Assembly (NCBI RefSeq): GCF_024521635.1
Contig: NW_026250420.1
Span: 186,001-250,000, forward strand
Source: Tricharina praecox
Taxonomy: Eukaryota
Reading direction: 5' to 3'
Length of the DNA: 64,000 bases
In this document: in pieces, positions 62,988 to 64,000 of the stretch
Position numbering within the stretch: position 1 is the stretch's first letter
Layout of the letters: each line of letters begins with the position of its first letter
Translations under genes and position numbers: made by a program
The notes under the pieces: generated by a model
Told to the model about the DNA's origin: nothing
The model's database searches: none
Seen by the model: the letters and a program-made list of their open reading frames with translations, nothing else

Positions 62988-64000
62988 ATGGGGCTGTCCG
63001 TGAGGAGATCGGTGCTCAATGGCAAGCTATTCGCCGTTTCTCACAGGCATATCGTACGTCGGATCAATGCCCCGAAAGAACGAGAGACGGATTGAGTCGC
63101 AACGTTCAAGCTCTCGATTGCTAACGGTTGACTGACTCCACAGCTATCTACCGAGGAAGCCAAAAGCCAGTCGAGAAGTTACACGGACGGCAAGCGGTCG
63201 GGGAACCCAGAGGCTTTGCCGCGGGGTGGGTCAGTTAACAACGTTAGGGACGACAGGGTTGGTTGGCTGAGCCCGTCGTGACATTGAGGCATTGGCTGAC
63301 ACGATCGACAGGCAGAACTGCAAGATTTCTACCTTTCGATCCTCAGTGCAACCGCCAGTCGACGCGATGCGCGATCCTACCTCAAGCGCTTTACCCTGCC
63401 GCCGGTGACTCGACTCCCTTACGCCGGACTGGCGCCCAGGACCCCAGAGAAACCCGCCCTCTCTCCCAAAGCCTTCAACAAGCCGGATGAGACACACGTC
63501 AATGGCCCCGCCTACAATGCCGTCGCTCTGAAGCCTTCGAGCTCTCCCGGGTTGGGCAATCCGAGGCTCTTTGCTCCCAAGATCACCGACGAAGAGCTCC
63601 ACATTGCGCTCGTCAAAGTCCGGGATATCGACAGCATTGCGGATGACACTCTTCAAGGCGTGGGTCGCACACTGGAGAGTCTGAAACGGCTAGGCCTCAC
63701 GGCGGTTGTGGTGCTGGATGAGCCCGATAACGGCAGCGGATGGCGAGCGGAAACGGATGCACGAGCGGACCGCATTGTGTCCGCCATCGAGAAATCACGG
63801 GGAAGGGCCCGACGGATTGACGATGCTCTCACCATTTCGGCCGAATCCCTCTCGGTCTCCCTTCCTCAGCTCATTCTGGCCCCATTAAGCCGCGGCGTGA
63901 TACCGATACTCTCTCCCCGCGCCTTCGATCCGGTCTCTCACAGGCACGTCGCAGTCGATGCCAATGATATCATCAGCACGCTCACCAACCTCTTCTCCTA
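62988..64000 (+). CDS. ARG2: Mitochondrial amino-acid N-acetyltransferase / N-acetylglutamate synthase, 5' part (runs off the window)
   Basis: Exons 62988-63053, 63144-63225, 63316-end. DFYLSILSATASRRDARSYLKRF, LHIALVKVR, GVGRTLESLKRLGLTAVVVLD and LSRGVIPIL match fungal Arg2 blocks. Basic presequence-like N-terminus. Confidence 0.85.

Overview
Eukaryotic DNA from a filamentous ascomycete, inferred from short GT-AG introns with CTAAC/CTGAC branch points and Pezizomycotina-type proteins. I assembled about 13 protein-coding genes by hand: an uncharacterised 882-aa protein, a two-finger C2H2 transcription factor, a Zn2Cys6 transcription factor, RRP8, a GPI-anchored Ser/Thr-rich protein, a small Cys/His orphan, ALG13, a disordered protein with a short fungal domain, RRN11, VMA9 (absent from the ORF track), RPL43, DDI1 and the 5' part of ARG2. 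The 4.9-25 kb region is accessory-like. It holds a 3x ~1.19-kb tandem array plus two inverted dispersed paralogues of a small acidic orphan gene unit, several decayed gene relics and many micro/minisatellites. The best leads are: (1) an in-frame TGA-CAA-TTG inside apparently continuous coding sequence (readthrough, A-to-I editing or recent nonsense mutation); (2) the local orphan gene family in birth-and-death evolution; (3) ARG2 5' exons open in two frames, each rescued by one of two 3' splice sites 4 nt apart. I found no tRNA, rRNA, CRISPR array or intact transposon. Names come from recognised motifs; no database search was run.
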